The notes beneath the pieces were generated by a model that made no database searches, was not told the origin of the DNA, and was given only the letters and a program-made list of their open reading frames with translations. Shown piece after piece: positions 15,021 to 29,220 of a stretch of DNA of 64,000 nt (the first letter of the stretch is position 1; every line of letters begins with the position of its first letter). The position numbers were made by a program, and so were the translations under genes. Origin of the DNA: Octopus sinensis (lineage: Eukaryota); the NCBI RefSeq assembly GCF_006345805.1, contig NC_043019.1, forward strand, positions 32,549,360-32,613,359. Direction: 5' to 3'.

Positions 15021-15612
15021 GGACAGACAGACAGATAGATAGACTGAATCTTACCAAACAATGACATTAACAATAGGGCGAGTGAGTGAGTTTTCTGTTG
15101 AGGAGAGTTGATGGGGTGAGAGCAGGCGTATTTTCTCAGCTATTGTTTTGTCTTAGACATGGAGATAATGTAGATAAGATGGTTCAAAAGTCAGAACAAC
15201 CAGAAAGCTATTGCATGCATGAGCTAAAGAGGAAGCTTCTAGTTTGGGTGGTTCCTAATGTGAGGGTTGCTGACCCCTGTCGTTTCACATTAGCAGTATT
15301 GGATGTCTGTCAACTGAATTCATAAATTTGTTGAGTAGGCAGATTTTATTAAAAAGCATGATATCAATTTGGGAAATTCATTTAAATAAAAGGACTCCTT
15401 GATAGTGGAAATGTTGGAAGTCACACCTCTGCACGGTTGTTTGTTTGACTTGTTAATGATATTTGCTTTGTTCCCTTAAATCATACCTGACTGGGTTAAA
15501 AAATGAAGGACACATTAGAAAATATTGTTCAATATATATCTATATCTATCTATACACACACACATACATACACACACACACATACACACACACATATATG
15601 TGTATGTATGTA

Positions 15613-15658
<46 letters not shown>

Positions 15659-15708
15659 GTATATATTTATGTGTGTGTGTATATATATATATATATGTAT
15701 ATATATGT

Positions 15709-15740
<32 letters not shown>

Positions 15741-15792
15741 TTAACGTCTATTTTCCATGCTGGCATGGGTTGGATGGTTCAAGTGGAGTCTG

Positions 15793-15925
15793 GGAAGCCA
15801 GGAGGCTGCACCAGGTTCCAGTCTGATCTGGCAGTGTTTCTACAGCTGGATGCCCTTCCTAATGCCAACCAGCTATAGAAACACTGCCAGATCAGACTGG
15901 AGCTTGGTGCAGCCTCCTGGCTTCC
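15793..15925. repeat. Fold-back inversion within a family C element (57-bp arms, 19-nt loop)
   Basis: 15793-15849 is the reverse complement of 15869-15925 with 3 mismatches. Confidence 0.85.
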
Positions 15926-16234
15926 AAGTTCCCCCCCCCCACCAAAATGTATAAGCATTTTATATACATAAAAATGTAGGGACAAACAGGAGACAAACAG
16001 AAAGTCCATAATCCTTCATCAGTTATTGACCAGTGGTACTCTTCTGTTTCACACCTTTAACGATATGGTTGAATGCTTCTGAATTGGCGGTGCCCCCCAA
16101 AACGACAAAGAGTTTGATTTAGGATGGAGGACGAGGACAAACAGTCACACAAAATACGGTCTTGGAGCCAAGAAGATGAGAATAGTGGGTTAATGCTTAG
16201 AAAATGTTTTGGACAATGGAGGACTGAGAGACAC

Positions 16235-16496
16235 AATTTGCAACTGGTCAGCTAAGGGACCAGTCTAAGAAATGAGGGAAAAAAGGGACTGGCTGCTGGT
16301 CACGTGACAGCAGCGTGCAGAGGAGAAAGACAGCAGGGAGAGGGAACGACAGAGAAAAGAAGGGGTAAGTGGATGAAGGGTAAAGAGAAAGGCTAAGAAT
16401 ACAAGAGTGAGAAAGGCTTGAATAGAAGTGACCAACGGTAAGTTCATCTTTTACTTCCTTTCTTAGACTGGTCCCTGAGTTTCTCAGTTGCAAATT
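16235..16496. mobile_element. MITE-like element with imperfect ~38-bp terminal inverted repeats
   Basis: AATTTGCAACTG..AGGGACCAGTCTAAGAAA at left and TTTCTTAGACTGGTCCCT..CAGTTGCAAATT at right. Confidence 0.55.
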
Positions 16497-16645
16497 CTCT
16501 CACCCTGTCACCGACAGAATAAGTCCAGGGATCGATTTCTTTGACTAAAATGCAGTGCTCCAGTATGGCCACAGTCAAAGTATGGGAACAAGGAAAACAC
16601 TAATAGAATATATATATGTATATATATTCATATATATATTGTATA

Positions 16646-16690
<45 letters not shown>

Positions 16691-18259
16691 ATGTGTGTAT
16701 ATATATATATATAAAACATGTTGGTTTGTATGATGTCTGGCAAATGCCAAAGCTAAGAACTTTAATAAGTCATGGCGTAATGAGTTATGACATTGCAGAA
16801 AAAAAAAAAAACCCAAATAACATTGTTGTAATGATGATGATGATGATGATGATGATGATGGTGGTGGTGCGGATGATGATAAGGATCTGTGTTAGTAAAG
16901 GAGGAGGGGAGGCCGAGGGTTCAGGGTTATAGTGGGAGGTAAAAAAAAAGCTATTTCCTCCAAGGAAACCTAACTAGGGAAGAAAGTTTATTTACATTTT
17001 GCAACTTTGCAGAGACACTTAGGTCAGGATCTTATATATATATATTATATATATATATATATATGAACTATACATCCCACCACATGACACACATATATAT
17101 GCACACATATGAGTATGTATGTACACACACACATATTTATGTATATGTGTATATATGTACACACACACATACTTATGTATGAAAATATGCACATTCATAT
17201 ATTTACACATACATATATAAGTATAAACATATATACTTATTTCCACATGTATACATAAACTATATATGTTTACACACACATATATCAATACACTCATGCA
17301 CATAAATATATAAACACCTGCATATATACGTGTGTGTGTATATATGTACGTATGCATTTATATATGTACACACATATATATATAGATATGTATGTATTTA
17401 CGTACGTACATATGTATGTATGTATCTATAGATGTGTATACATACATGCACACATATAAATGAGTGTATATAATGGTTTCTGTCTTTATTCAGTTGATGA
17501 ATCTGATTCTAATGTAAACCAAAAGTGGACTGTCAGCAATGCTTCATAAATGAGAGAAAACAGAAACAAGCAGAATTCAAAAGGTCGCAACTGCAGTGGT
17601 AAATCTTGTCGCTTTCTGATGCATTTTCAAACTGCACAATGGCACATGGTAAATAACCAGAATTATTGAGTAAAATAAAATAGATACAGAAATATTGCTA
17701 TGTCAAAATATAAGGGGAAATAAAAGAAAAATTAAGATACCAAAATATAAAATAAAAAAACGAAAAGTTCAGACAGGAAGGAAAAAAGTGCAATACGAAA
17801 GCACAACCTATTAGCAAGGTCATAAATTAATAAAATTAGATAAAAATATATATATTGATATTAATAATAAATAAAAATAAAGAAAGGAGAAAAACCACTG
17901 ACTTTTATTTATTGTTGGTTTTATTTTGTTTTTGTGTTTTTTAAACCATCTCTGAAAATGTTTTCATTTACAATTACATAACTGTTCGTCTTGAATGTTT
18001 TCACTTTCTGTGTCTGCCTTCATCACATCAACCTCCGTAAAACCAACATGTACAGATAAACACAGACGCACACATACACACAGACACATGCATGCCCCTC
18101 GCCCCTACACACACATACAAACACACAGCTTGTCTCAGAAGATTTTTCAAAGTGCAAAGAGATAGTCCAGATGAAAGAAATAATGGTGCTTCTAATAGAT
18201 GCTGAATCAAATATGAATCTTTCAAGATAATCAGCTGTCAGAATGGACAGGTTTACCAC

Positions 18260-19030
18260 CAGAATTATTATTATTATTATTATATTATTATTATTATTAT
18301 TATTATTATGATTATTATTATTATTATTATGATTATTATTATTATTGAGGTGGCGAGCTGGCAGAATTGTTAGCATGCCAAACAAAATGCTACTAAACAT
18401 TTTGCCAGTCTTTAACCTTCTGAGTTCAAATTCTGCTGAGATTGACTGCCTTTCATTCTTTTGGGGTTGATAAATTAAGTACCAGTTGAGCACTGGGGGT
18501 CGATGTAATTGATCTAACTCGTACCCCCAACATTTCAGGCCTCATGCCTGTAACAGAAATGATTAATATTATTATCAAGGCAGCAAGCTGCCAGAATTGT
18601 TAGTACACTGGCCAGAATGCTTAGCGGCATTTCTTCTGTCCTTATGTTCTGAGTTCAAATTCTCCAAAGGTTGACTTTGCCTTTCATCCTTTTGGGGGTC
18701 AATGAAATAAGTACCAGTTGAGTACTGGGGTCGATGTAACTGACTTGCCCTCTCTCCTGAAATTGCTGGCCTTGTGCCAAAATCTGAAACTAATATTATA
18801 CATGTGGTTAAGGCAGTGAGCTGGCAGAATCGTTGCATGCTGGACAGAATGCTTAGCAGTGTTTCTTCCAACTTTATGATCTGAATTCAAATTCTGCTGA
18901 GGTCGACTTTGCCTTTCATCCTTTCAGGGTTGTTAAAATAAGTACTTTTTGAACACTGGGGTTTATGTTGTAATTGACTTACCCAGTCCCCCGAAATTGC
19001 TGACCTTGTATCATAATTTGAAACCAATAT
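18260..19030 (+). mobile_element. Tandem array of about four SINE family B copies with (ATT)n spacers
   Basis: Repeated family B head and body. Confidence 0.8.
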
Positions 19031-19066
19031 TATACACTTGGTGTCCCTCTAGTAGACATATATATG

Positions 19067-19140
<74 letters not shown>

Positions 19141-19177
19141 CATCTTGGAGGAAAAAAATGATAGAATCAGTAGCTTA

Positions 19178-19333
<156 letters not shown>

Positions 19334-19444
19334 TTAGATGTAAGGCAGTCGAGTAGGTAAGTGGTTAGGTTGCCAGCAGAAGGCTTGTGTGTTCAATTCT
19401 GCAGCTGCTTCTCTGGATATTCTATTTAGTTCAACCCTTTGGCA

Positions 19445-19795
19445 TTTATCAGCGCCGCCCTGACTGGCCTCCGTGCTGGTGGTACGTAAAATGCACCATC
19501 TGATTGTGGCCATTGTCAGCCTCATCTGGCCCCCGTGCCGGTGGCACGTAAAAAGCACCATCCGATCATGGCTGTTTGCCAGCCTCATCTGGCCCCTGTG
19601 CAGGTGGCACGTAAAAAGCACCCACTACACTCACGGAGTGGTTGGCATTAGGATGGGCATCCAGCTGTAGAAACACTACCAGATCAGACTTGACCTGGCA
19701 CAGCCTTCTGGCTTCCCAGACCCCAGTTGAACCGTCCAACCCATGCTAGCATGGAAAACGGGCGTTAAACGATGATGATGATGATGATGATGATA
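19445..19795 (+). mobile_element. Family C (RTE-tailed) element
   Basis: Subrepeats plus the CCCATGCTAGCATGGAAAACGGGCGTTAAAC(GAT)n tail. Confidence 0.75.
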
Positions 19796-19797
19796 TC

Positions 19798-19986
19798 CAA
19801 CCCAAATATTCTTTCGCTCAAACAAGCCAGATTTGGTCTCTCCCACCTGCCTTACAATGTAATTCTAAAAATAAACAATCACACCATCGAAATCCTAAAG
19901 CAATGAAATAATGCATGATTAATTCAAAACAATGCAAATGCATAACCATTTCATTTGACAGATTAATCTGAACCTTAAAGGGTTAA
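19798..19986. mobile_element. piggyBac-type MITE remnant
   Basis: Right end ..AAAGGG|TTAA at 19977-19986. The left end appears disrupted by the family C insertion. Confidence 0.45.
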
Positions 19987-20254
19987 CATTGGTGAAGGCC
20001 ATAACTGATTAGGTTGAGAGTTTATGTGATGGAGGGCATCGCAAAAGACTTCCTCTTCCTGCATTGTATCTAGGCAAAAAGTTTTGCTTTTTATTACTTA
20101 ATCAAGAAGGATGGTAGTACCTTAGACCTGTTTTCAGGTCCTTTGAGACACATGGGAGGAGCGGGGTAATGATATCTTCAAACCAGAGACTTGATCCAAG
20201 AATGAGGCAAGGGTTTTAAACCAGGTGAGGAATTAAATCTAAGGGAGTTTGCAC

Positions 20255-20500
20255 AGAAGTGGCTGTGTGGTAAGTAGCTTGCTTACCAACCACATGGTTC
20301 AAGGTTCAGTCCCACTGTGTGGCACCTTGGGCAAGTATCTTCTACTATAGCCTCGGGTCGACTAAAGCCTTCTGAGTGAATTTGGTAGATGGAAACTGAA
20401 AGAAGCCTGTCATATATATGTATATATATATATATATTTGTGTGTGTGTTTGCATGTCTGTGTTTGTCCCTCCAACATCGCTTGACAACCAATGCTGGTT
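20255..20500 (+). mobile_element. SINE family A, 5' portion
   Basis: Family A head and body, truncated after the microsatellite. Confidence 0.75.
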
Positions 20501-20804
20501 TGGAAGGTACAGTTATTCAAACTTGATGATTGTAACAAAGTGCTATATAACAAAAAACAAACAAAAAACAAAAGAAGGTTCCCTCTGCTTCTATAAATAT
20601 CAGGGAAACACAAGTGAGGGTAAGAGGGAGTTTCTACTAGTCAACAGTTCTTTGTCTGATGACTTCAATAATTTTCATGTATTTGATAATGTGTTTTGGA
20701 TTAAAAAGTGATTGAATACTTTCTTGATTGCTTTTAAACTTTGATTTAGTTCCACTGCATGGCGCCTTGGGCAAGAGTCTCAACTATGGCCCCTGGTTCA
20801 CCAA

Positions 20805-21345
<541 letters not shown>

Positions 21346-21384
21346 CTATTGCATATTATCTTAAATACATCTATGTAAAGGCAG

Positions 21385-21670
21385 GATATTTAGTTCGTGA
21401 TTGTAAGGTCGTGAGTTCAATATATGGTGTTGCATTGCGACCTTGAGCAAGACACTTTATTTCAAGCTGCTCCGATCCGCTCAGCTGGAAAAAATGAGTT
21501 GTACCTGTAATTCAAAGGGCCAGCCTGGTCACACTCTACATCATACTGAATCTTCCAGAGAACTATGTTAAGGATACACAAGTCTGTGGAGTTCTCAGCC
21601 ATTCACATGTTAAATTCATGAGCTGGTTGCTCCGTTCAGTGTATCAACCGGAACCACTGTCATAAGTGAC
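21385..21670 (+). mobile_element. tRNA-derived SINE (family D-like 3' half)
   Basis: Shares TGTACCTGTAWTTCAAAGGGCC..CTCAGCCA with 35012-35395. Confidence 0.6.
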
Positions 21671-22056
21671 AACTTACCAGGTTGGATGAGATGGTAGGAT
21701 GGGATTCGAGTGACATTTAGCTGTTATTTCTAGCATGTTGGGAGACCTTCCCTCTCTTTTGCCATCGAAGTTCCTCTCATTGGCTCAAGAACGAATACAT
21801 TGATTGCAAATGGTTTACTCTCATCCGGCCTCGTCCCACCAGCCTAGCCTGGAGGCTAAACGACAACAACGCCAATGACAGCAAAACCAATAACAAAACT
21901 TAAAGAAATTTCATATTTAGCTGTAAGACATCTCGTGAAAGTTTTCCCTTCATCATTTTGACACTTTATTCACTTGTCACAAATATTTGACATTAATCAT
22001 ATACATACATACATATATATATATATATGATTAAAGTATGTGTATATATATGTATG

Positions 22057-22089
<33 letters not shown>

Positions 22090-22130
22090 ATATGTATGTA
22101 ATATGTATATATGTATTATAATATGTATAT

Positions 22131-22166
<36 letters not shown>

Positions 22167-22184
22167 ATATGTATATATATTATG

Positions 22185-22231
<47 letters not shown>

Positions 22232-22257
22232 GATTAATGTATGTGTATAATATGTAT

Positions 22258-23450
22258 CATCATCATCATCATCATCATTTAGCGTCCGTTTTCCATGCTA
22301 GCATGGGTTGGACGGTTCAACTGGGGTCTGGGGAGCCCGAAGGCTGCACCAGGCCAGTCAGATCTGGCAGTGTTTCTACAGCTGGATGCCCTTCCTAACG
22401 CCAACCACGCGAGAGTGTAGTGGGTGATTTTATGTGCCACCGACACAGGTATGCCAGACGAGGCTGGCGAATGGCCACGCTCGGATGGTGTTTTTATGTG
22501 CCACCGACACAGGTGCAGACGTGCTGGCAGACGGCCACGCTCGGATGGTGTTGTTATGTGCCCACCGTACACAGGTGCCAGATGAGGCTGGCGGACGGCC
22601 ACGATCGATGGTGTTTGTTACGTCCCCAAAGCACGGAGGCCAGTCTATGCGGGGTACTGGCTTACGGCACGTTTGGATGATTTTCTTGTGTTGCCACGGC
22701 ACTGGTACCACAAAGATACAAATTCCATTGATGTTCATCTATTTTGATTTGGTTTGATTTGATTTTCACTTGCCTCAAAAGGTCTTCACAAGTGTCACAA
22801 GAAGGAAGGTATGCACAGGTGGACTGACTACGTCCCAGGTAGGGGCCACGGGTTATGGCCTGACTAGTCTTGCCGGGTCTTCGGATGGTGTTTATGCCAC
22901 CGACACAGGTTGACAGATGAGGCTGGCGAACGGCCACGATCGGATGGTGTGTTTGTTACGTGCCCACAGCACGGAGGCCAGTCGATGCGGTACTGGCTAC
23001 GGCCACGTTCGGAATGGTTTTTTGGTGCCACCGGCACTGGTACCACAAAGATACAAATTCCATTGATGTTCATCTATTTTGATTTGATTTGATTTGATTT
23101 TGGATTTCACTTGCCTCAACAGGTCTTCACAGGTCTCACAAGTGTCACAGGAAGGAAGGAAGGTATGCACAGGGGACTGACTACGTCCCAAGTAGGGCAA
23201 CAGGGTTATGGCCTGACTAGTCTTGCCGGGTCTTCGGTTGGTGTTTTTATGTGGCCACCGACACAGGTGCCAGATGAGGCTGGCGAACGGCCACGATCGG
23301 ATGGTGTTTGTTATGTGCCCACGTCAACAGAGGCCAGTCGATGCGGTACTGGCTACGGCCACGTTCGGATGGTTTTCTTGTGTGCCAACGGTACTGGTAC
23401 CACAAAGATACAAATTCCATTGATGTTCCTCTATTTTGATTTTTTTTTTT
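22258..23450 (-). mobile_element. Family C element extended by ~58-nt subrepeats and ~2.6 tandem ~345-nt units
   Basis: (ATC)n tail at 22258-22278. TACCACAAAGATACAAATTCC recurs at about 22706, 23041 and 23398. Confidence 0.75.
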
Positions 23451-24199
23451 ATGTATATATGTATGTATATATATGTGTGTATATATATATATATAATATA
23501 TATATATATATGATTAAAGTGTGTATATATATGTATGTATATATATATATGATTAAAGTATGTGTATATATATGTATGTCCGCCGCTATAAAGGCTTTTC
23601 CAATGCGCCAGAGAAAAAAGTTTGCTTGTTATCAGTCGTAAGACACTTGTTGTTTTCACGTTAATGCTTCTGTTTTCATGTTCTGTATTCCATATGGTTT
23701 TTTGTTTTTTATATCTGTCCCTTTTGCTGTCCTGGTGTTCGTATGCATTCGATCCTTCTTCCAGGAAATCTACGCTCCAGCTTAGTTTTTCTTGGAGGGT
23801 GGCCGTGATCTAGTAATCTCAAGATTAATCAGCCGAAATTACTACGATGATCCGGTTCTTGACTGAAGACTGAGGGGTTCGAATGTCCGGTCCATGTTAT
23901 TGTATCGTCTTCTATGAGTATACGTTCTTGTCCATGTGTATTTTCTACATACCTTAATATATATATATTATATAATATACACATATATATGCATTTATGT
24001 GTGTGTGTGTGTGTATACGTATGTATGTATGTATGTATGTATGTATGTATGTGTGTATGTATGTATGTAAATAAAACTATTCAAATAACAACAAAGAAGT
24101 AACAGCTGTAACGATGAAAATACTTGAATCTTGTTTGTTTATATATTCCATTATTATTGAAAGAGGAGGTGTTTGCAGAAAAAAACAAAACAAAATAGT

Positions 24200-24891
24200 A
24201 ATGATGATGATGATGATGATGATGATAATAACAATAATGATAATGCGTCAAATTTCGGCACATGGTCAGTGATTTTGGAAGAGGGAGTGATTGAGTGTAT
24301 TGACTACAATATTCAACTGGTAGTTATTTTATTGGTCTCAAAGAGATGAAAGGTAAAGCTGACCTCGGCAGGATTTGAACTCAGAATGTAAAGACAGAAT
24401 AATAATAGTAATTTTGATAAAAAAAAATGATTTAAAATTTTGCCACAGAGGCAGCAATTTCAGGAGAGGAGATAAATCATTTACATCAACCTCAGTGTTT
24501 CACTGGTACTTAATTTATTGACCCTGAAAGGATGAAAGCAAAGTCGACCTCAGCTGAATTTGAACTCAGATCATAGCAGCGGACGAAATACCGCTAACCA
24601 TTTTGCCCTGTGTGCAAACAATTCTGCCAGCTCACCACCTTAATAATAATAATAATAGCAATAATAATAATAATGATTTCAAATTTTTGCCACAAGAGCA
24701 GCAGCTTGAGGGAGGGAGGGGATGAAGTCAATTACATCGACCCCAGTGCGTAACTGGTACTTATGTAATCAACCCTGAAAGGATGAAAGGTAAAGTTGAC
24801 CTTGGTGGAAATTGAACTTAGAACTTAGCAACAGGTATAATACCACTAAGCATTTCCCCTGGTGCACTAACAATTCTGCTAGCTCACCGCC

Positions 24892-24900
<9 letters not shown>
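24200..24900 (-). mobile_element. Tandem array of three SINE family B copies
   Basis: Reverse complement of family B with (AAT)n spacers. Confidence 0.8.
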
Positions 24901-24932
<32 letters not shown>

Positions 24933-24938
<6 letters not shown>

Positions 24939-25063
24939 CTGGATGGTGCTCAAAAAATAAGGGGTGTTACCTTAGTTCACTGGTAGTGAACAGCTGGCAC
25001 CATAGTACATCTCTAGCATTAGAAGCTGTGCAAAGGCAATAAAATAATAAACAATAATAATAA
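24933..25063 (+). mobile_element. Short 3' end of an R4/Dong-like non-LTR retrotransposon inside (AAT)n
   Basis: Near-identical to the 3' end of the element at 37108-37445 (ATACTC..GGATGGTGCTC.AAAAATAAGGGGTGTTACCTTAGTTCACTGG). AAT repeats on both sides. Confidence 0.7.
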
Positions 25064-25389
25064 GCCTTTCTAAAAAAGGTACACGGTCTGAAATTCTGTG
25101 GGGGGTGGGTCTAGCTGATTTCATTTTATTGAACCTGCAATGATGGAAAGGAAAGAAGACCTTGGTGGAATTTGAACTTAAGAATGTAAAGAGCTGGGAG
25201 TAATTCCACTAAGCATTTTGTCTAGTACAGAATAGATCTTGGTAGGTTTGCTGCCCTGTTTAAGATGCAAACAATTAATAAGATATGGCTGTGTGTTAAG
25301 TAGCTGTCTGTTATTGTGCCCAATGCAGTGCAAATTGTAGTTGATAGATGCAGATGATGATAACAAAGAGTCATAGTAACCCTTTTGAG

Positions 25390-25738
25390 TTAGAGTCACT
25401 GCAAGGTTAGAGTCACTGCAAGGTTAGAGTCACTGCAAGGTTAGAGTCACTGCAGGTTAGAGTCACTGCAAGGTTAGAGTCACTGCAGGTTAGAGTCACT
25501 GCAAGGTTAGAGTCACTGCAAGTTAGAGTCACTGCAAGGTTAGAGTCACTGCAAGGTTAGAGTCACTGCAAGGTTAGAGTCACTGCAGGTTAGAGTCACT
25601 GCAAGGTTAGAGTCACTGCAGGTTAGAGTCACTGCAAGGTTAGAGTCACTGCAGGTTAGAGTCACTGCAAGGTTAGAGTCACTGCAAGGTTAGAGTCACT
25701 GCAAGGTTAGAGTCACTGCAAGGTTAGAGTCATGCAAG
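25390..25738. repeat. 17-bp minisatellite (TTAGAGTCACTGCAAGG) x ~20
   Basis: Direct reading, with some 16-bp variants. Confidence 0.95.
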
Positions 25739-26283
25739 AGCTGAATGCTAAACCATGCTTCTAAAAACTAAACGCTTGTAAAAAATATTAATACATCTCT
25801 TCTCTGCATTAAGACGAAAACAAGAGAAAATAGGGAAATCTCAACAACAAGCTAATCACCAAACTTTACCAGCAAAAAAAAGTAAAATACAAACTCTCTG
25901 TCTGTTTGTCTGTCTGTCTATCACTCTGATGTACACACACACACACACACATATAAAGTCCGTAACCCATATTAGAAAAGTTGAACAATGAAAGCGCTCA
26001 CACACACAATACGCAATCTTCATTCCAAAAGGTTTATGTCATTCTGTTTTCTCAAAATATTTTTTTAAATAGTTAACTTTTAGCAAAATTTTTCTTTAAA
26101 TATTGTGATTGCTTTGAGTATTTTTTCCAAAAACATTTCAACACACACACACACACATATGTATATCTATATATATATTCACTAACACACACTCATATAT
26201 ATATGTATATATGTATATATATATAAAAATAGTAATGCAATACGAGAGTAAATATCGGTACTTCGTTGTGCCATATATTTACT

Positions 26284-26322
<39 letters not shown>

Positions 26323-26501
26323 TAAGGGTAGAAATTGATATTAGTCAATTAAAACCAGTGGTCTAGCACATTAAAAAGAATCCGAAGATTAAAATATTTA
26401 TATATACCAATTATTTGAGAACATAATCCTTGTGGAGAATGGCGATTTGACGTCTATATCTAGCATGTTGACTGTCCACCTTTTCGTGTTCAGTCCTTAA
26501 T

Positions 26502-26543
<42 letters not shown>

Positions 26544-27253
26544 GATATTTATATATACACATATATATATACATACACACATATATACTCATATATACAT
26601 ATGCAAATACATGCATATATGTAAACTGTACAATATACACGAAGGATTTTAAAAAATAAGAATCACTTATCAATGATGTTTAGTCAGCAAAGTGAGTGTG
26701 TGTGTATCTGTGTATGTACATGTGTATGAGTATATATGTGTGCATGTGTATATATGTGTGTGTTTGTGTATGTGTAGTTGGAGAAACATTAAAAAAAAAC
26801 AACTTTAGTTCAATCCCAGCTGACAACTAAGATGTTATTTCATTCATCTTTTTGCACAGATCATTAATAGAGGAGTGAGGAAATTCGGTAAAAATTCTAC
26901 CATTAAGTAAAAGACTTGGATCTTGTATTTACAGACAGAACTTGGCACTCTTAATGTTTGTTTAGAAATTGTTTTAGCTTTCTTCGTGTTTATTTTTGCC
27001 CAGCTTGATAAATGGAATGGCTGGTTCACTTAGCTTCTAGGAAACCTAAGAAATGGACTGACTCTGCTGTCTCCACAACCACAAGGAGAGATACAGAGAG
27101 GAAAAGAAAGAAGATGAGAGAGAGAGAAGGGGCGGGAAAAGGAGACAGAGAGAGAGAGATTGTGTGCATGTGTGTGCGTTAGAGTATTTATATAATATAA
27201 ATGCATATATGTGTGTGTGTGTATATATATATTATATATATATATATATAATG

Positions 27254-27284
<31 letters not shown>

Positions 27285-28067
27285 ATGTATATGCATGTAT
27301 GTATATATATATATATTATATATATATATATTTATATATATTTATATATATGTATATATGCATGTGTATATATGTGTGTGTATATATATATAATGTATAT
27401 ATATGTGTGTATGTATATGCACGTATGTATGTATATATATATATATATGCATATATATGTATATATATATATGTATATAATGTATATATGCATGTGTATA
27501 TGTGTGTGTGTGTATATGCATGTATATATGTGTGTGTAGATGTGTGTGTATATATATATATATCTATGTATGTATGTATATATATATATATCTATATTAT
27601 ATAATATATTATATATATATATATACATTATCAGAAGTGTACAGTACATACTTATAAATATGTGTATGTATATATGTGTGTGTGTATATGAATATAAAAT
27701 TATGCATTTAAATCTATATATATGTGTATTGATATGAATATACGTATATCCCTCTATTTATGTATACATTTATGTGTGTCTGTGTACATATGTAAACAAA
27801 TATGAATACATACATACATACATACATACACATTCTCAAACATGTATGATCTATAGAATTTAAAGAGACTAATGGTGGCCTGCTTTAGCAAAAGGAATTT
27901 GAGTAAAAAAGCAAAAATATAATTTACTGTGAGAAAAACTGAAGAATGAATGATATGGCCCCAATATGGTAAATATTTTGTCTAGCCACGGTGCTATAAC
28001 ATAATTCAGTATTTGATTTTAATGTACATGTGTACATACACACATGAACGCACGCACACGCACACAC

Positions 28068-28100
<33 letters not shown>

Positions 28101-28289
28101 TGCACACATATGCAGACATTCACACACACAGGCATTGTAAGTGTAAGCATACATATCTATATCAAGCTATCCATCCGTTCGTCTGTCCATCCATCCATCT
28201 ATCTAGGCCCAGGTGGTGGAGGCACAACAGGGCAACAAAGCCATCATTCGGTCTCTGGTTGGTGAACAGGGGCGTGAATTACTTGAGCC

Positions 28290-29055
28290 AATGTTTGCCC
28301 GAATGTTTGGGATGAATGGAGAGCAAGAACGCAGGGTGGAATTCAGTGCTTACCTGCACAGCCTGCCATGACTCTCAACAAAAGAGGCAGAGTGCTGCAT
28401 AGGTCCCATCATGACAGTGGAAGTGCGGGAAGCGATGGCAGAATGCTCAAGGGACAAATCGCTGGGTTTGGATGGTCTACACTATGAGCTTTACAGTTGT
28501 ATGCCAGTCTTGTTTGGAGACATCTTGGCATTAGTGTACTGCAACTGGCAGCAAAATGGGAGCAATCCTGGTTTTGTGAAGCAAGGACCCGTAATGCTGT
28601 TGAAGAAAGATCCAAACAAGGGGTACATAATAGTTAACTTTAGGACCATCACTCTGCTCAATGCAGATTTGAAAATTTTGGCCAAGGTGTTAGCCAGGAG
28701 ATTGGCGCTTGTCATCGAGAAACTGGTTGACAAGGTGTAATTGTGCACCGTGCCAGGCCGGAGCATCCATGACAACTTCCATCTGATGCGCTACATCATA
28801 GATAAGATAGTTAAGGAACCTGGCATGGGTGAGGCCCTGATCAATTTGGATCAATCGAAAGCTTTCGATAGGGTAGACCATCAATACTTGGAGGCTGTCC
28901 TCATAGTGGCTGGTTTTGGTCCCGTCTTCCACAGCTGGATAGCTGCCTTGTACAGAGGCATCCATTCAATAATTTGTGTTAATGGACATCTATAGAGACC
29001 TTTCGACATTGTACGTTCAGTCTGTCAGGGATGCCCCCTCTCGTTGCTGTGTTGC
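28290..29055 (+). pseudogene. Tx1/L1-clade LINE reverse transcriptase fragment, degenerate
   Basis: [53 protein letters not shown] (RT motifs). In-frame stops at 28738-28740 and 28993-28995. Confidence 0.9.
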
Positions 29056-29121
29056 CAATAAAGAAATATATCTATCCATCTATCTATCTATCTATCTATC
29101 TACCCATCTATCTATCTACCC

Positions 29122-29165
<44 letters not shown>

Positions 29166-29166
29166 G

Positions 29167-29220
<54 letters not shown>

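Noticed and set aside
23100-23125. Minus-strand CUGUUGA..GAAA in the 345-nt tandem unit
   Set aside because: Stems I, II and III cannot form. The segment folds better as a plain CACUUG/CAAGUG hairpin.
23820-23890. GCCGAAA..CTGAAGA as a type II hammerhead
   Set aside because: Stem I does not pair and stem II needs a hypothetical 2-nt insertion.
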